From positions 25,496-89,495 of the forward strand of contig JBILAG010000001.1 of the NCBI GenBank assembly GCA_044354345.1: a stretch of 64,000 bases of DNA, written 5' to 3'. Under the pieces are notes generated by a model. The model was not told the DNA's origin and ran no database searches. It was given only the letters and a program-made list of their open reading frames with translations. The stretch's first letter is position 1. Every line of letters starts with the position of its first letter. The translations under genes were made by a program, and so were the position numbers. The DNA comes from Ilumatobacteraceae bacterium. GTDB lineage: Bacteria; Actinomycetota; Acidimicrobiia; Acidimicrobiales; Ilumatobacteraceae. Positions 9,112 to 17,800 of the stretch are shown piece after piece.

Positions 9112-10223
9112 TATTCAATTGTAAAGGTTGGCTTCCACCGGCCATCTTGTTTTTCAAATAGAGAAGTGTTTGTCCAACGATCGATCACTGCTTCAAACTC
9201 GCTGAGAGTCATTTTGTAATAGTTGAGATATGCGTCTATGTTGTCGTGCGGATACAGGCCGTCGTAAAGTTTGACGAGGTTTACGGCCTGATCTCGAGTC
9301 ATTGCGCCACGACGTATTTCGATTCCGGCATCTTGCGTTGCTCGACCAAATCCAAACTTCAAGTACATCATGTAGGCATGTAGTGAGTAGAGCGCTTGAT
9401 CGTTTTGTGCAAAGTTTGTGAATGTTCCTGAATTTGTATCAGTTGCTTCGATCAACCCGCAGTGTTCTTTTGCAACGAGATAATTTCTGTAAGGGTCCCA
9501 GTTTTCAAAATATGACCAGTGAGTAATTTTAAGTTCACCATCGCCAATCTCGTCTTTTGATGGAAAGCGGAAAAACGGTAATGCTTCATTTTCGAGCTTT
9601 GCTTCTTTAAACACCAGATCTTGGCCACCCTCGAAATAAATATCACGAATGTATCCGATGTCGTAAAACGGTTTGTCTTTTAGAGCAGTCGAACCGCCAT
9701 ATTCAGTTTCACCTTCTTCGGCATAAAAAATCAGCGAGATGTTCAACTGGGCCGCAATCTTTAGCGGGCCAGTCTTGATTGCCATTAGCCAACCGAAATA
9801 TGGAAACCCTTTGTGGATGAAACCAAACTTGTTAAGCGCATCCATTACGTCACCAGCAGGGCTGATTTGAATATGGTTATATCCACTTGCAATAAAATTT
9901 TTTAGATTTTGATTACCGAGGTCAAGTGCAAGTGCTGGTGTAATCGTGACAGTTAGTGGATGCATGCCGTAGACATGTTTCAGTTGATGAGCAACATATG
10001 ACCCGTCTTTGCCACCGCTAACTGGAACGACGCAATCAAACGATCCATCAGAAGATCGGTGTGAATCCAAAATTTGTTTTAGTTCATTTTGTCGGCCCGA
10101 CCAGTCTAAATTTTTCTTCTCCTCAGCCCATTGGCAAGCGTTGCACCAACCACGCTTGTCAAATGTGATTCGCGGTCGTGTTGACATATTCAAACAGCTT
10201 GTACACCAGAAAAGTTCGCTCAT
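9111..10223 (-). CDS. N-acetyl-sugar amidotransferase, paralogue C3
   Basis: 370 aa. CTSCLN...CNACQW plus PP-loop VPVSGGKDGS. Same length as C1. Confidence 0.8.
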   Translation of the reverse strand: MSELFWCTSCLNMSTRPRITFDKRGWCNACQWAEEKKNLDWSGRQNELKQILDSHRSSDGSFDCVVPVSGGKDGSYVAHQLKHVYGMHPLTVTITPALALDLGNQNLKNFIASGYNHIQISPAGDVMDALNKFGFIHKGFPYFGWLMAIKTGPLKIAAQLNISLIFYAEEGETEYGGSTALKDKPFYDIGYIRDIYFEGGQDLVFKEAKLENEALPFFRFPSKDEIGDGELKITHWSYFENWDPYRNYLVAKEHCGLIEATDTNSGTFTNFAQNDQALYSLHAYMMYLKFGFGRATQDAGIEIRRGAMTRDQAVNLVKLYDGLYPHDNIDAYLNYYKMTLSEFEAVIDRWTNTSLFEKQDGRWKPTFTIE

Positions 10224-10254
10224 TTTGAAATTAGCCTTGCCTCATCATTTAGTT

Positions 10255-11106
10255 TCACCATGTAGATAGTCCACCGTCAACTATGAGATTCTGACCCGTT
10301 ACATAACTTGACGCATCTGATGCTAAATAAATTAATGCACCGGTAAGTTCTGATGCTTGACCCATTCGCCCAAGCGGCACTCTGTTCGAGTATTTGTCGT
10401 CAAAAGTTTTGTTTTGCCCAGAAGAGATTCCGCCCGGAGTCAAAGAGTTAACTCGAATACCGCTATCAGCCCAATAAGTTGACAAATAACTTGTCAGACC
10501 AACTACAGCCGCCTTTGATGCCGAGTAAACAGCAGGCGTATTAATAGGTCTTCCGTTGTATTGCGAGCCTTCATATATACGTTGGTCTGGAGCGACTACG
10601 CCATAAATAGAAGATGTCTGAATGATCGAGCCGCCACCTTGGAGTTTCATCTGTTTTCCGACTGCTTGGGCAACTAAAAACAACCCATCAATATTTACGG
10701 ACATGACTTCGCGCCAAGTTTGCAGTGAGTATTCTTCGAATGGTTTGAAGAATTCATGAAGGTTTGAACCCTTCGACGCAGCATTATTAACGAGTACATC
10801 AATCCGACCGAAATCACTGACGACTGCTGCAACCATCTGTGCAACAGATTCCGGTGAAGTGATATCGCAGCCAAAGCCAGAAACTTTTCGACCAGACTTT
10901 TTAGAGACAGCATCAGCCACCGATTTCGCAGCAGGCTGATCAATATCGACAACCGCAACTTGTGCTCCGCTGTCGGCAAAAGCCTGAGAGAAAACTTGAC
11001 CAAGGAGACCAGCCCCACCAGTAACCAAAACAACTTTGTTACTGAGGCCAAAAAGTTCTGAAGTTTGGGTATTCGTCACTTGGCTGAACCTTTCGACATC
11101 ATCCAT
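10255..11106 (-). CDS. Short-chain dehydrogenase/reductase (PtmA-like position)
   Basis: 283 aa. Rossmann VLVTGGAGLLGQ and catalytic YSASK. Lies directly after the cytidylyltransferase, as in the C. jejuni ptm block. Confidence 0.75.
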   Translation of the reverse strand: MDDVERFSQVTNTQTSELFGLSNKVVLVTGGAGLLGQVFSQAFADSGAQVAVVDIDQPAAKSVADAVSKKSGRKVSGFGCDITSPESVAQMVAAVVSDFGRIDVLVNNAASKGSNLHEFFKPFEEYSLQTWREVMSVNIDGLFLVAQAVGKQMKLQGGGSIIQTSSIYGVVAPDQRIYEGSQYNGRPINTPAVYSASKAAVVGLTSYLSTYWADSGIRVNSLTPGGISSGQNKTFDDKYSNRVPLGRMGQASELTGALIYLASDASSYVTGQNLIVDGGLSTW

Positions 11107-11774
11107 TCAACCATTTCAAAATCTGCCTCAGAATCTATATCTAACGAGCGTTCTCGGGGCATCTCAAACAGACGGGTGCTAGACACGAACAAACTTGGAT
11201 TGTTCAAAAGCGCGTCACGCCGCCAAACATAAATTGATGCATTCATGTCAAAACATTTTGGAGAATCTTGACGACGGGTTACAGCATCTTTTAGTGGCTT
11301 CGAAAGTTGAACGATTCCATTTTCGTCTTGCTCAACAAGATTGAAATAAGGGGATCGATGAGCTGGTGTGCCGGTAATGACATTGTCAGCGTTTGTCGCT
11401 GTTAAAAGTTCTAAAGAACCGATGATGTCTGCGGCAATACGAAGAGGGGCAGTTGCATCTAGGTCAATGATGATGTCAAATTGACCAAATTTTTTTTCGG
11501 TGGTCTCAACACAATGTCTGATAGCCGGAAGTTTTGGTGCGGTATCTGATGCCATTTGTGTGGGGCGATCAACAACGAAGGTTGCACCGTGAGCCATCGC
11601 AGTTGTTCGAATTTCTGAGCTGTCACTGCTAACGGCAATCTGCGAAAACAATTTAGTTTCAACTGCCTGTTGCAGGGAATAGGCAATAAGTGGCAGCCCG
11701 TTGATTAATCGCAAGTTTTTATTTGCAACACCCTTAGAACCGGCGCGCGCACAAATTGTGCAAAGAATCTTCAT
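11076..11774 (-). CDS. legF: Acylneuraminate-type cytidylyltransferase (CMP-legionaminic acid synthetase-like)
   Basis: 232 aa. N-terminal CARAGSKGVANKNL motif of the CMP-NeuAc synthetase family. Operon context. Confidence 0.8.
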   Translation of the reverse strand: MKILCTICARAGSKGVANKNLRLINGLPLIAYSLQQAVETKLFSQIAVSSDSSEIRTTAMAHGATFVVDRPTQMASDTAPKLPAIRHCVETTEKKFGQFDIIIDLDATAPLRIAADIIGSLELLTATNADNVITGTPAHRSPYFNLVEQDENGIVQLSKPLKDAVTRRQDSPKCFDMNASIYVWRRDALLNNPSLFVSSTRLFEMPRERSLDIDSEADFEMVEWMMSKGSAK

Positions 11775-12709
11775 CGCTTAATCCATTTTCGTTTTGACGC
11801 TGCGACTTCGATTGCTTCAATAGTTTTTACAACAGTCAACGCTTCGGCGATTGAGCAGATAGTTTTCGGGTCATGAGCGATCATCGCTCTATGCTCTGCT
11901 AGATATGTGTTATCTAAGTCAGCATTAAATACCTGAGTTGCGTCGTTGAATTGCGCTAATCCAGAGAGCAAATCAATCCGTATTGTGCCTTTGTCACCAT
12001 TAATTGTGATCACTCTTTGCTTGATTCGATCAAGGTAATTCAATTGAATTGATATTGCTTGACAAGTCTTTGTTTGCATCAAAATTGAAAAGGTGTCGTC
12101 TGTTTCAATTTCAAGGTTGCTGAACTTTCCACCAGTTGAAGTTAGATGACTCCAGTCACCAAACAAATATTGGACTAGGTCTAATTCATGGCTGAGATCG
12201 CGTAATACTCCACCACCGCTAGCGATCGTTGCCGAACTTGAGTTTTGGTATCTAACATTTTTGCGCCAAGTTGGCAAATATTGTCCAATATAAAAACTTG
12301 CTGATGAAACGTACCCAAGTTGAGGCAGCGTGTCGCGTAACCATGTAATGGCGGGGTGAAAGCGAAGGTTGTATCCAACACCAGCAAACCCAAATTTATT
12401 TTTAGCAATTTTTTCATTTGACGCAAAAAGTGGTTTTTCAATTAAAACCTTGCCCGTGAATTTTGCTTTGTAAAGTTCTTTGAGATCACTTTTATGTTGT
12501 GAAGTTCTGCTGGCGACAACAACGTATTCGAATTGATCGTGCTTTAGTGCATCTGAAATAGATTTGTAATTGATTACGTCTGGTTGATTATTTACGTAAC
12601 TCGAAACTACGACTACTTCATGATGTAATTCACGAAGTAGTCGGGTATGTCTTGAACCGATAGACCCGGCGCCAATTACGGCAATCTTCACTGAACTTCC
12701 CTGGGCCAT
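11771..12709 (-). CDS. Gfo/Idh/MocA-family oxidoreductase (PtmF-like position)
   Basis: 312 aa. N-terminal IAVIGAGSIGSRH Rossmann motif. 4-nt overlap with the downstream gene. Confidence 0.7.
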   Translation of the reverse strand: MAQGSSVKIAVIGAGSIGSRHTRLLRELHHEVVVVSSYVNNQPDVINYKSISDALKHDQFEYVVVASRTSQHKSDLKELYKAKFTGKVLIEKPLFASNEKIAKNKFGFAGVGYNLRFHPAITWLRDTLPQLGYVSSASFYIGQYLPTWRKNVRYQNSSSATIASGGGVLRDLSHELDLVQYLFGDWSHLTSTGGKFSNLEIETDDTFSILMQTKTCQAISIQLNYLDRIKQRVITINGDKGTIRIDLLSGLAQFNDATQVFNADLDNTYLAEHRAMIAHDPKTICSIAEALTVVKTIEAIEVAASKRKWIKR

Positions 12710-13737
12710 TCGCGCTGTGCTCGCTCAAGTTCGTCAAGTCGACCAATGTCAACCCAATATTCGTGAAGCGGAAACGCAGCAGTTCGATGGCCATCTGAAG
12801 CAAGTTTTGTAAAGTGTGTCGGCATGTCGTAGTAAGTATCTGCCGGAATATTCTCGAGCCCTTTTGCACTAATCACATAGATTCCAGCATTAACCAGATG
12901 TCGTTGAGTTGGTTTTTCTGTCACACCTACGATCTGAGTTCCGTCAACTTCAACAACACCAAAGGGAATTTGGTAATTGTCTTCGCGCACGACCATGGTT
13001 GCGATTGCGTTTTCACGTTCATGAAAGTCAATTAGTGAGTCGACAGAAATTCGTGTCAGCAGGTCACCGTTCATCACGATTACCGGACAGTCAATACTGC
13101 TTGGCAGAAGTGAAAGCCCACCAGCAGTGCCAAGTCGAGTTGTCTCGTGCAAGTATTTGATCGAAGCGCCTAGGCGCGAACCATCACCGAAGTAATCAGA
13201 GATTATCTCTGCTTTGTAATTTAGGGATACAAAAAAATTTACATATCCTTGGTCGATAAACGATTGAATTATCGTTTCAAGAATCGGCTTGCCGCCAACA
13301 TTTAGCATTGGCTTTGGCGTGTCTTGGGTGAGTGGATACAAACGAGTGCCTAATCCGCCGGCCATAATTACAACAGCGTTTGATTTTTGTTTTGCCCCAA
13401 TGATGTCGTCAACAGTTAAGACATCAACAACTTTGCCTGCTTCATCAACGAGTGGCATTTGGTGAATTCTTCGTTCACGCATCACTTTTAGAATCGCTGC
13501 TCGCGGCGTAGATGCTGCACTGGTTGCCGGATTCTTTCGCATTGCTTCAGCAGCAGTGATTTCAAGGTCTTTACCAGCCAAAATAGCTTTGCGAATATCG
13601 CCATCAGTGATCGTGCCGAGAAGTTTGTTCTGGGCATCAACAACTAGTGCGATCTGTAAATTTCCGGCCGTAATCGCTTCAATTGTTTGACGAAGTGTCA
13701 TCGAACTCGATACAAGCGCATCTCGCCAACTAGACAT
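12688..13737 (-). CDS. ptmE: CBS-domain sugar-phosphate nucleotidyltransferase (PtmE-like GlcN-1-P guanylyltransferase)
   Basis: 349 aa. Tandem CBS-like N-terminal region, then VVIMAGGLGTRLYPLT nucleotidyltransferase motif. Confidence 0.7.
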   Translation of the reverse strand: MSSWRDALVSSSMTLRQTIEAITAGNLQIALVVDAQNKLLGTITDGDIRKAILAGKDLEITAAEAMRKNPATSAASTPRAAILKVMRERRIHQMPLVDEAGKVVDVLTVDDIIGAKQKSNAVVIMAGGLGTRLYPLTQDTPKPMLNVGGKPILETIIQSFIDQGYVNFFVSLNYKAEIISDYFGDGSRLGASIKYLHETTRLGTAGGLSLLPSSIDCPVIVMNGDLLTRISVDSLIDFHERENAIATMVVREDNYQIPFGVVEVDGTQIVGVTEKPTQRHLVNAGIYVISAKGLENIPADTYYDMPTHFTKLASDGHRTAAFPLHEYWVDIGRLDELERAQREWPREVQ

Positions 13738-13742
13738 TGCAA

Positions 13743-14375
13743 CTATTCTAATTGCGTTGCGGGGTTCCCTACTACGGTCACTGAATCGTTAATACTGTGA
13801 CGCACAACTGCGCCAGCACCGACAACACAATTATCACCAATCTCTACGCCTTGAATGATTACGGCCCCCGCACCAATAAATGATCCAACTCCAATTTTAA
13901 CCGAGCCTGAAATTATTGCTCCAGGAGAGATAACCGCATGGTCAGAAATTATTACGTCATGATCAACTGACGCCCGAGTATTGATCACACAATTTTCGCC
14001 CGCTCGTACTCTGTTTTGCAAAACTGCACCGGCCATGATTTGTGTGTTCTCAGCGATTTTGCACTCTGCGCCAATTGTCGCCGATGGATGTTGGACCCCA
14101 ATAAATTTAAAACCAAGGTTAAGCCAGTGATTATAAATTTCTTGTCGTGCTTGAGTGTTCTTGGTAGATCCAAGACCATTAATCAATTCAGTTTTTTTCG
14201 GGTCGAGAGTCTTAATAAAATTATCGTCACCAACAACTGGCACACCAAAAATTTGACTGCCAATTTCAAGTTGCGCGTCAATTATTCCGTTGACTGTTTT
14301 GCCTGAGGCGAGGAGTGCATCAAGCACAACTCGACCGTGGCCGCCACATGCGATCAAATATCTCTGTGTTGACAT
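13743..14375 (-). CDS. legH: NeuD/PglD-family hexapeptide sugar N-acetyltransferase (LegH-like)
   Basis: 210 aa. N-terminal Rossmann-like LIACGGHGRVV and C-terminal left-handed beta-helix repeats (IGDNCVVGAGAVV). Confidence 0.75.
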   Translation of the reverse strand: MSTQRYLIACGGHGRVVLDALLASGKTVNGIIDAQLEIGSQIFGVPVVGDDNFIKTLDPKKTELINGLGSTKNTQARQEIYNHWLNLGFKFIGVQHPSATIGAECKIAENTQIMAGAVLQNRVRAGENCVINTRASVDHDVIISDHAVISPGAIISGSVKIGVGSFIGAGAVIIQGVEIGDNCVVGAGAVVRHSINDSVTVVGNPATQLE

Positions 14376-14378
14376 TGA

Positions 14379-15464
14379 TTAGATCAATTCATTTTCGGCG
14401 ATGTCGCGTGTTGATTTTGTTCCGAGGAGATCCCAATATTTGAAAGGAGAAATGCCTGTGCCAGGTCGCTTAACGACGATATTTTCGGTTGTGAGAAGAT
14501 CGCCTGATTTAATTGGTTTGCTGGCAACGATGCTTCGACGTGCAACTTGCTGATTTCTTTGTTCATTAATTGTTACTGATTTTTCTGCGCTACCGAAAGC
14601 AATTTCGATGTCTCGGATGTTTGCGACGAGTCTCTTGAACTCGTCGGGTTCTAGAGACGCCTTGTGATCTGGACCAACTAAGTCGCGACTAGTTGTGAGA
14701 TGTTTTTCGATGACGGTCGCACCCATCGCAACTGCGCCAACTGCAATGTGTGTGCCGACCGAGTGATCTGAAAGTCCAACTCGACAACCAAATTTTTCAA
14801 CAAGAGTCAACATCGCTCGAAGATTTACATCACTGGGTGAAGTCGGATAGTCAGTAGTGCAATGCAGAAGTGTGACTCGTTCTTTTAATTCGCGCCTTCC
14901 GGCATCGCTTGACAGAGCATGTTTGCAGGTCGCAGTTGATGCTTCTGAAGTTTCATTGGTGGTCAAACCAAAAGCAATCACCCCCAGCGCTAATTCTATT
15001 TCGTCAATCGTGCTCATGCCGGTTGAAAGAATTATTCTGTCGGTACACCTTGCAACTTCTAACAAAAATGGCGCGTTTGTAAGTTCGCCTGATCCAATTT
15101 TGATTGTTGAAAGTTTAAGATCAGAAACTAAAAATTTAAGACTGTCAATGTCAAACGGTGTTGAGAGAAACTCGATACCACTGGCTTTGCAATATTCAAA
15201 TAGCTCGCGTTGCTGGGCGTGCGACAACTCAAGGCGCTGCAACATTTCTAGTTGCGTTTCTTGGCCACCTGTCTGCGAAATTTGATAGTCGGCTTTTTTG
15301 GCGCTATTTGTAACTATAGAACTGGCTACAAATGACTGAAATTTAACTGCATCTGCTTTTGCAACTACCGCTGCATCAACAAGTTGTCGAGCAAGATCCA
15401 TAGAACCGTTATGGTTCACTCCTGCTTCAGCAATAATAAATGTGTTTGGTGTGTTTGTCATCAA
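14379..15464 (-). CDS. legI: NeuB-family nonulosonic acid synthase (legionaminic acid synthase-like)
   Basis: 361 aa. IIAEAGVNHNGS motif and C-terminal SAF-type VVKRPGTGISP. Confidence 0.85.
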   Translation of the reverse strand: MMTNTPNTFIIAEAGVNHNGSMDLARQLVDAAVVAKADAVKFQSFVASSIVTNSAKKADYQISQTGGQETQLEMLQRLELSHAQQRELFEYCKASGIEFLSTPFDIDSLKFLVSDLKLSTIKIGSGELTNAPFLLEVARCTDRIILSTGMSTIDEIELALGVIAFGLTTNETSEASTATCKHALSSDAGRRELKERVTLLHCTTDYPTSPSDVNLRAMLTLVEKFGCRVGLSDHSVGTHIAVGAVAMGATVIEKHLTTSRDLVGPDHKASLEPDEFKRLVANIRDIEIAFGSAEKSVTINEQRNQQVARRSIVASKPIKSGDLLTTENIVVKRPGTGISPFKYWDLLGTKSTRDIAENELI

Positions 15465-16621
15465 AAATTGTCGAAGAAAATCTTTTGTGTAGTCAACTTC
15501 GTATTTTTTATCGTATCGGCGATGCTATTTGCGGTGTTGCCAGAGCCGTATTTGCTTGTAGTTGCAACACAGCGTGCCTTCCATGAGGGAGAAAGTGCTG
15601 TCTCAATAGCGGTACGAATTTCGTTATGACTGAATTTGCAGTCAATGATTGAATCAGCGCGAAGCCGACCATCTTGGCGCGTGCCGATATTAATAGTTGG
15701 CACATGAAGTGCAGGAGCTTCAATGATTCCGCTCGAAGAGTTTCCGATAACAACATCAGCAATTCTCATTAAGTTGAGATAATTTTTTTGACCCAGTGAA
15801 TTATGCAGAACTCGTCTCGTTGGTTCGCGTAGTACAAATTTGGAAATCTCATCATTCACATATTTGTATCCAGGGTCGGCATTGACACCAGTAAACACGA
15901 TTGTCGCTTGAGCAAAATGATCAAGCGCGGTGAGTAATTCGGTGATTTCAGTAGTCATAGACACTTCGCTTCGAGTCGTCGGATGAACCGTCACCAGCAG
16001 CAATTCTTGTTGAAGTTCGATACCAATTAAAGATGCCAATTCGTCACGTGTCATTTTTTCAATATTCAGTAAGACGTCAATTCCGAGTGCTCCAACATTA
16101 AAAACTGTGTTCTGCGATTCGCCAAGTTGAATCAACCTGCGTTGATATTCTTCTGCCGCACAAAAATGAAGATTAGACATCTTTGTGATTGCATGTCTGA
16201 TGCTGTCATCAAATGCACCGGTGGTGACTTCTCCACCATGAATATGCGCAATTGGAATGCCTAAAATCAGGGCGGCTTGGGCTGCACCAAGAATTTCGTA
16301 TCTGTCGCCTAATACGACGACAAGGTCTGGTTTGAGTTTTGCAAAAGCATCGGCAAGTTGTGATGTAGCCCGCCCCAACGCATGAGCTATCTCAAGAACC
16401 GAATCATCAGAAAGTTCGAGATCAACCAACGCATCGGCGATAAACCCGTCTTGTTCTATGAACTTAATTGTCGAACCGTGTTGTGCAGATAAATGTGCAC
16501 CAGTGATGACAAGTTGAAAATCTATTTGTGAATCTTGCTTAAGTAAAGTCATCAATGGTGCGAGCAGGCCATACTCGGCTCGAGTTCCGGTAACTACGCA
16601 AATTTTTCGGTTTGAATTCAT
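15461..16621 (-). CDS. legG: NeuC-type hydrolysing NDP-sugar 2-epimerase
   Basis: 386 aa. VVTGTRAEYGLL and IAHIHGGE motifs. ATGA overlaps on both sides. Confidence 0.85.
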   Translation of the reverse strand: MNSNRKICVVTGTRAEYGLLAPLMTLLKQDSQIDFQLVITGAHLSAQHGSTIKFIEQDGFIADALVDLELSDDSVLEIAHALGRATSQLADAFAKLKPDLVVVLGDRYEILGAAQAALILGIPIAHIHGGEVTTGAFDDSIRHAITKMSNLHFCAAEEYQRRLIQLGESQNTVFNVGALGIDVLLNIEKMTRDELASLIGIELQQELLLVTVHPTTRSEVSMTTEITELLTALDHFAQATIVFTGVNADPGYKYVNDEISKFVLREPTRRVLHNSLGQKNYLNLMRIADVVIGNSSSGIIEAPALHVPTINIGTRQDGRLRADSIIDCKFSHNEIRTAIETALSPSWKARCVATTSKYGSGNTANSIADTIKNTKLTTQKIFFDNF

Positions 16622-17796
16622 AATCCTAAGTTTGCGCTACTCGGCACATTGATTAATGAATTGAGAAGCATTTGCGCAACTGGTAAATCTGCACGCGGCG
16701 AGTTGTCGTACATCGGCAACTGATGCAGCAGGTTCCATGCTGGTCGACACAAATAACCTTTGGCGCGAGAAGCCGTGAGCAACTCATTTCGAGTCTGCAA
16801 GTTTGGTTTCTTGAGCCGAACAGTATTCAGCCAATAATTAGAAGTTGTCCCTTTTGGTTCGCTAACAAACTTGAGAGACTCGGAACTTTTCAGCGCAATG
16901 TCATATTTATTGGCGAGGTTTCGCTTGTTGAGTAAAAACTCGTCTAATCGATCAAGTTGAGCACATCCAAGAGCGGCATTTATATTTGGCATTCGGTAGT
17001 TCCAAGCAGTTTCGTCATGCATGAACTCCCATTCATGCGCGAGTTTCGCAGTCGTTGCGAGATGGCGAATTTTTAAAGCAAGCGATTCGTCATCCGTAAG
17101 AATTGCACCACCACCACCAGTTGTGATGGTCTTGTTGCCATTAAAACTTAAAATTCCGCAGCGACCGAATGTGCCAGTGTGTTTTTTGCCAACGAAACTT
17201 CCGAGCGACTCGGCTGCGTCTTCAACTATTGGCAAACCGAATTCTTTGGCGACCAAAGAAAGCTCTTCAATATCCATTGGGTGCCCAAATGTGTGCATCG
17301 GCACAACTGCCCCAATTCGCGCACCTGTTTTTGTGTTAATCAAATCATCGCCTTGTCGAGTTGACGTTGATGCAAGATGTTTTCGCAAAGCAATTGGATC
17401 TAACCCAAGTGTGACCGGGTCGCTGTCGGCAAAGTGTGGGGTGGCGCCGCAATGTGCAACTGCATTGGCTGTTGCAACAAAACTTAGCGACGGGATAATC
17501 ACTTCGTCACCAGGCTTGATGCCCGCCGAGTGCAGCGCAAGTTGAAGTGCGCAAGTGCCATTAACAATTGCGATTACGTGTGCGGCACCTGTGATTTTTG
17601 AAAGTTGATTTTCGAAACGAGTGATGAACTCACCAACTGATGAAACCCAACCAGATGACAAGCACTCGGCAACCATTTTGTGCTCATGAGGACCAATGTT
17701 TGGCTCGTGCAGAGCGATCGTTGATTTTTCAACTGGTCCTATTACGGAAGTTAGTACTTCAAGAAATTCTCGTGTTGGTAGATCGTAAGTCGTCAT
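16618..17796 (-). CDS. legC: DegT/DnrJ/EryC1-family PLP aminotransferase
   Basis: 392 aa. PLP-lysine context SFNGNKTITTGGGGAI. Confidence 0.85.
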   Translation of the reverse strand: MTTYDLPTREFLEVLTSVIGPVEKSTIALHEPNIGPHEHKMVAECLSSGWVSSVGEFITRFENQLSKITGAAHVIAIVNGTCALQLALHSAGIKPGDEVIIPSLSFVATANAVAHCGATPHFADSDPVTLGLDPIALRKHLASTSTRQGDDLINTKTGARIGAVVPMHTFGHPMDIEELSLVAKEFGLPIVEDAAESLGSFVGKKHTGTFGRCGILSFNGNKTITTGGGGAILTDDESLALKIRHLATTAKLAHEWEFMHDETAWNYRMPNINAALGCAQLDRLDEFLLNKRNLANKYDIALKSSESLKFVSEPKGTTSNYWLNTVRLKKPNLQTRNELLTASRAKGYLCRPAWNLLHQLPMYDNSPRADLPVAQMLLNSLINVPSSANLGL

Positions 17797-17800
17797 TTAT

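Noticed and set aside
11490-11497. T8 (A8 on the coding strand) homopolymer inside legF as a possible phase-variation tract
   Set aside because: A/T runs of 6-8 nt are scattered throughout this AT-rich operon. The tract encodes an ordinary E-K-K-F, and no G/C tract of the Campylobacter type is present.
17021-17545. 174-aa plus-strand ORF inside the aminotransferase gene
   Set aside because: It is a shadow ORF opposite a gene with clear DegT motifs. The same reasoning applies to 14857..15285, 29821..30300, 55779..56312, 56452..56910 and 58791..59291.
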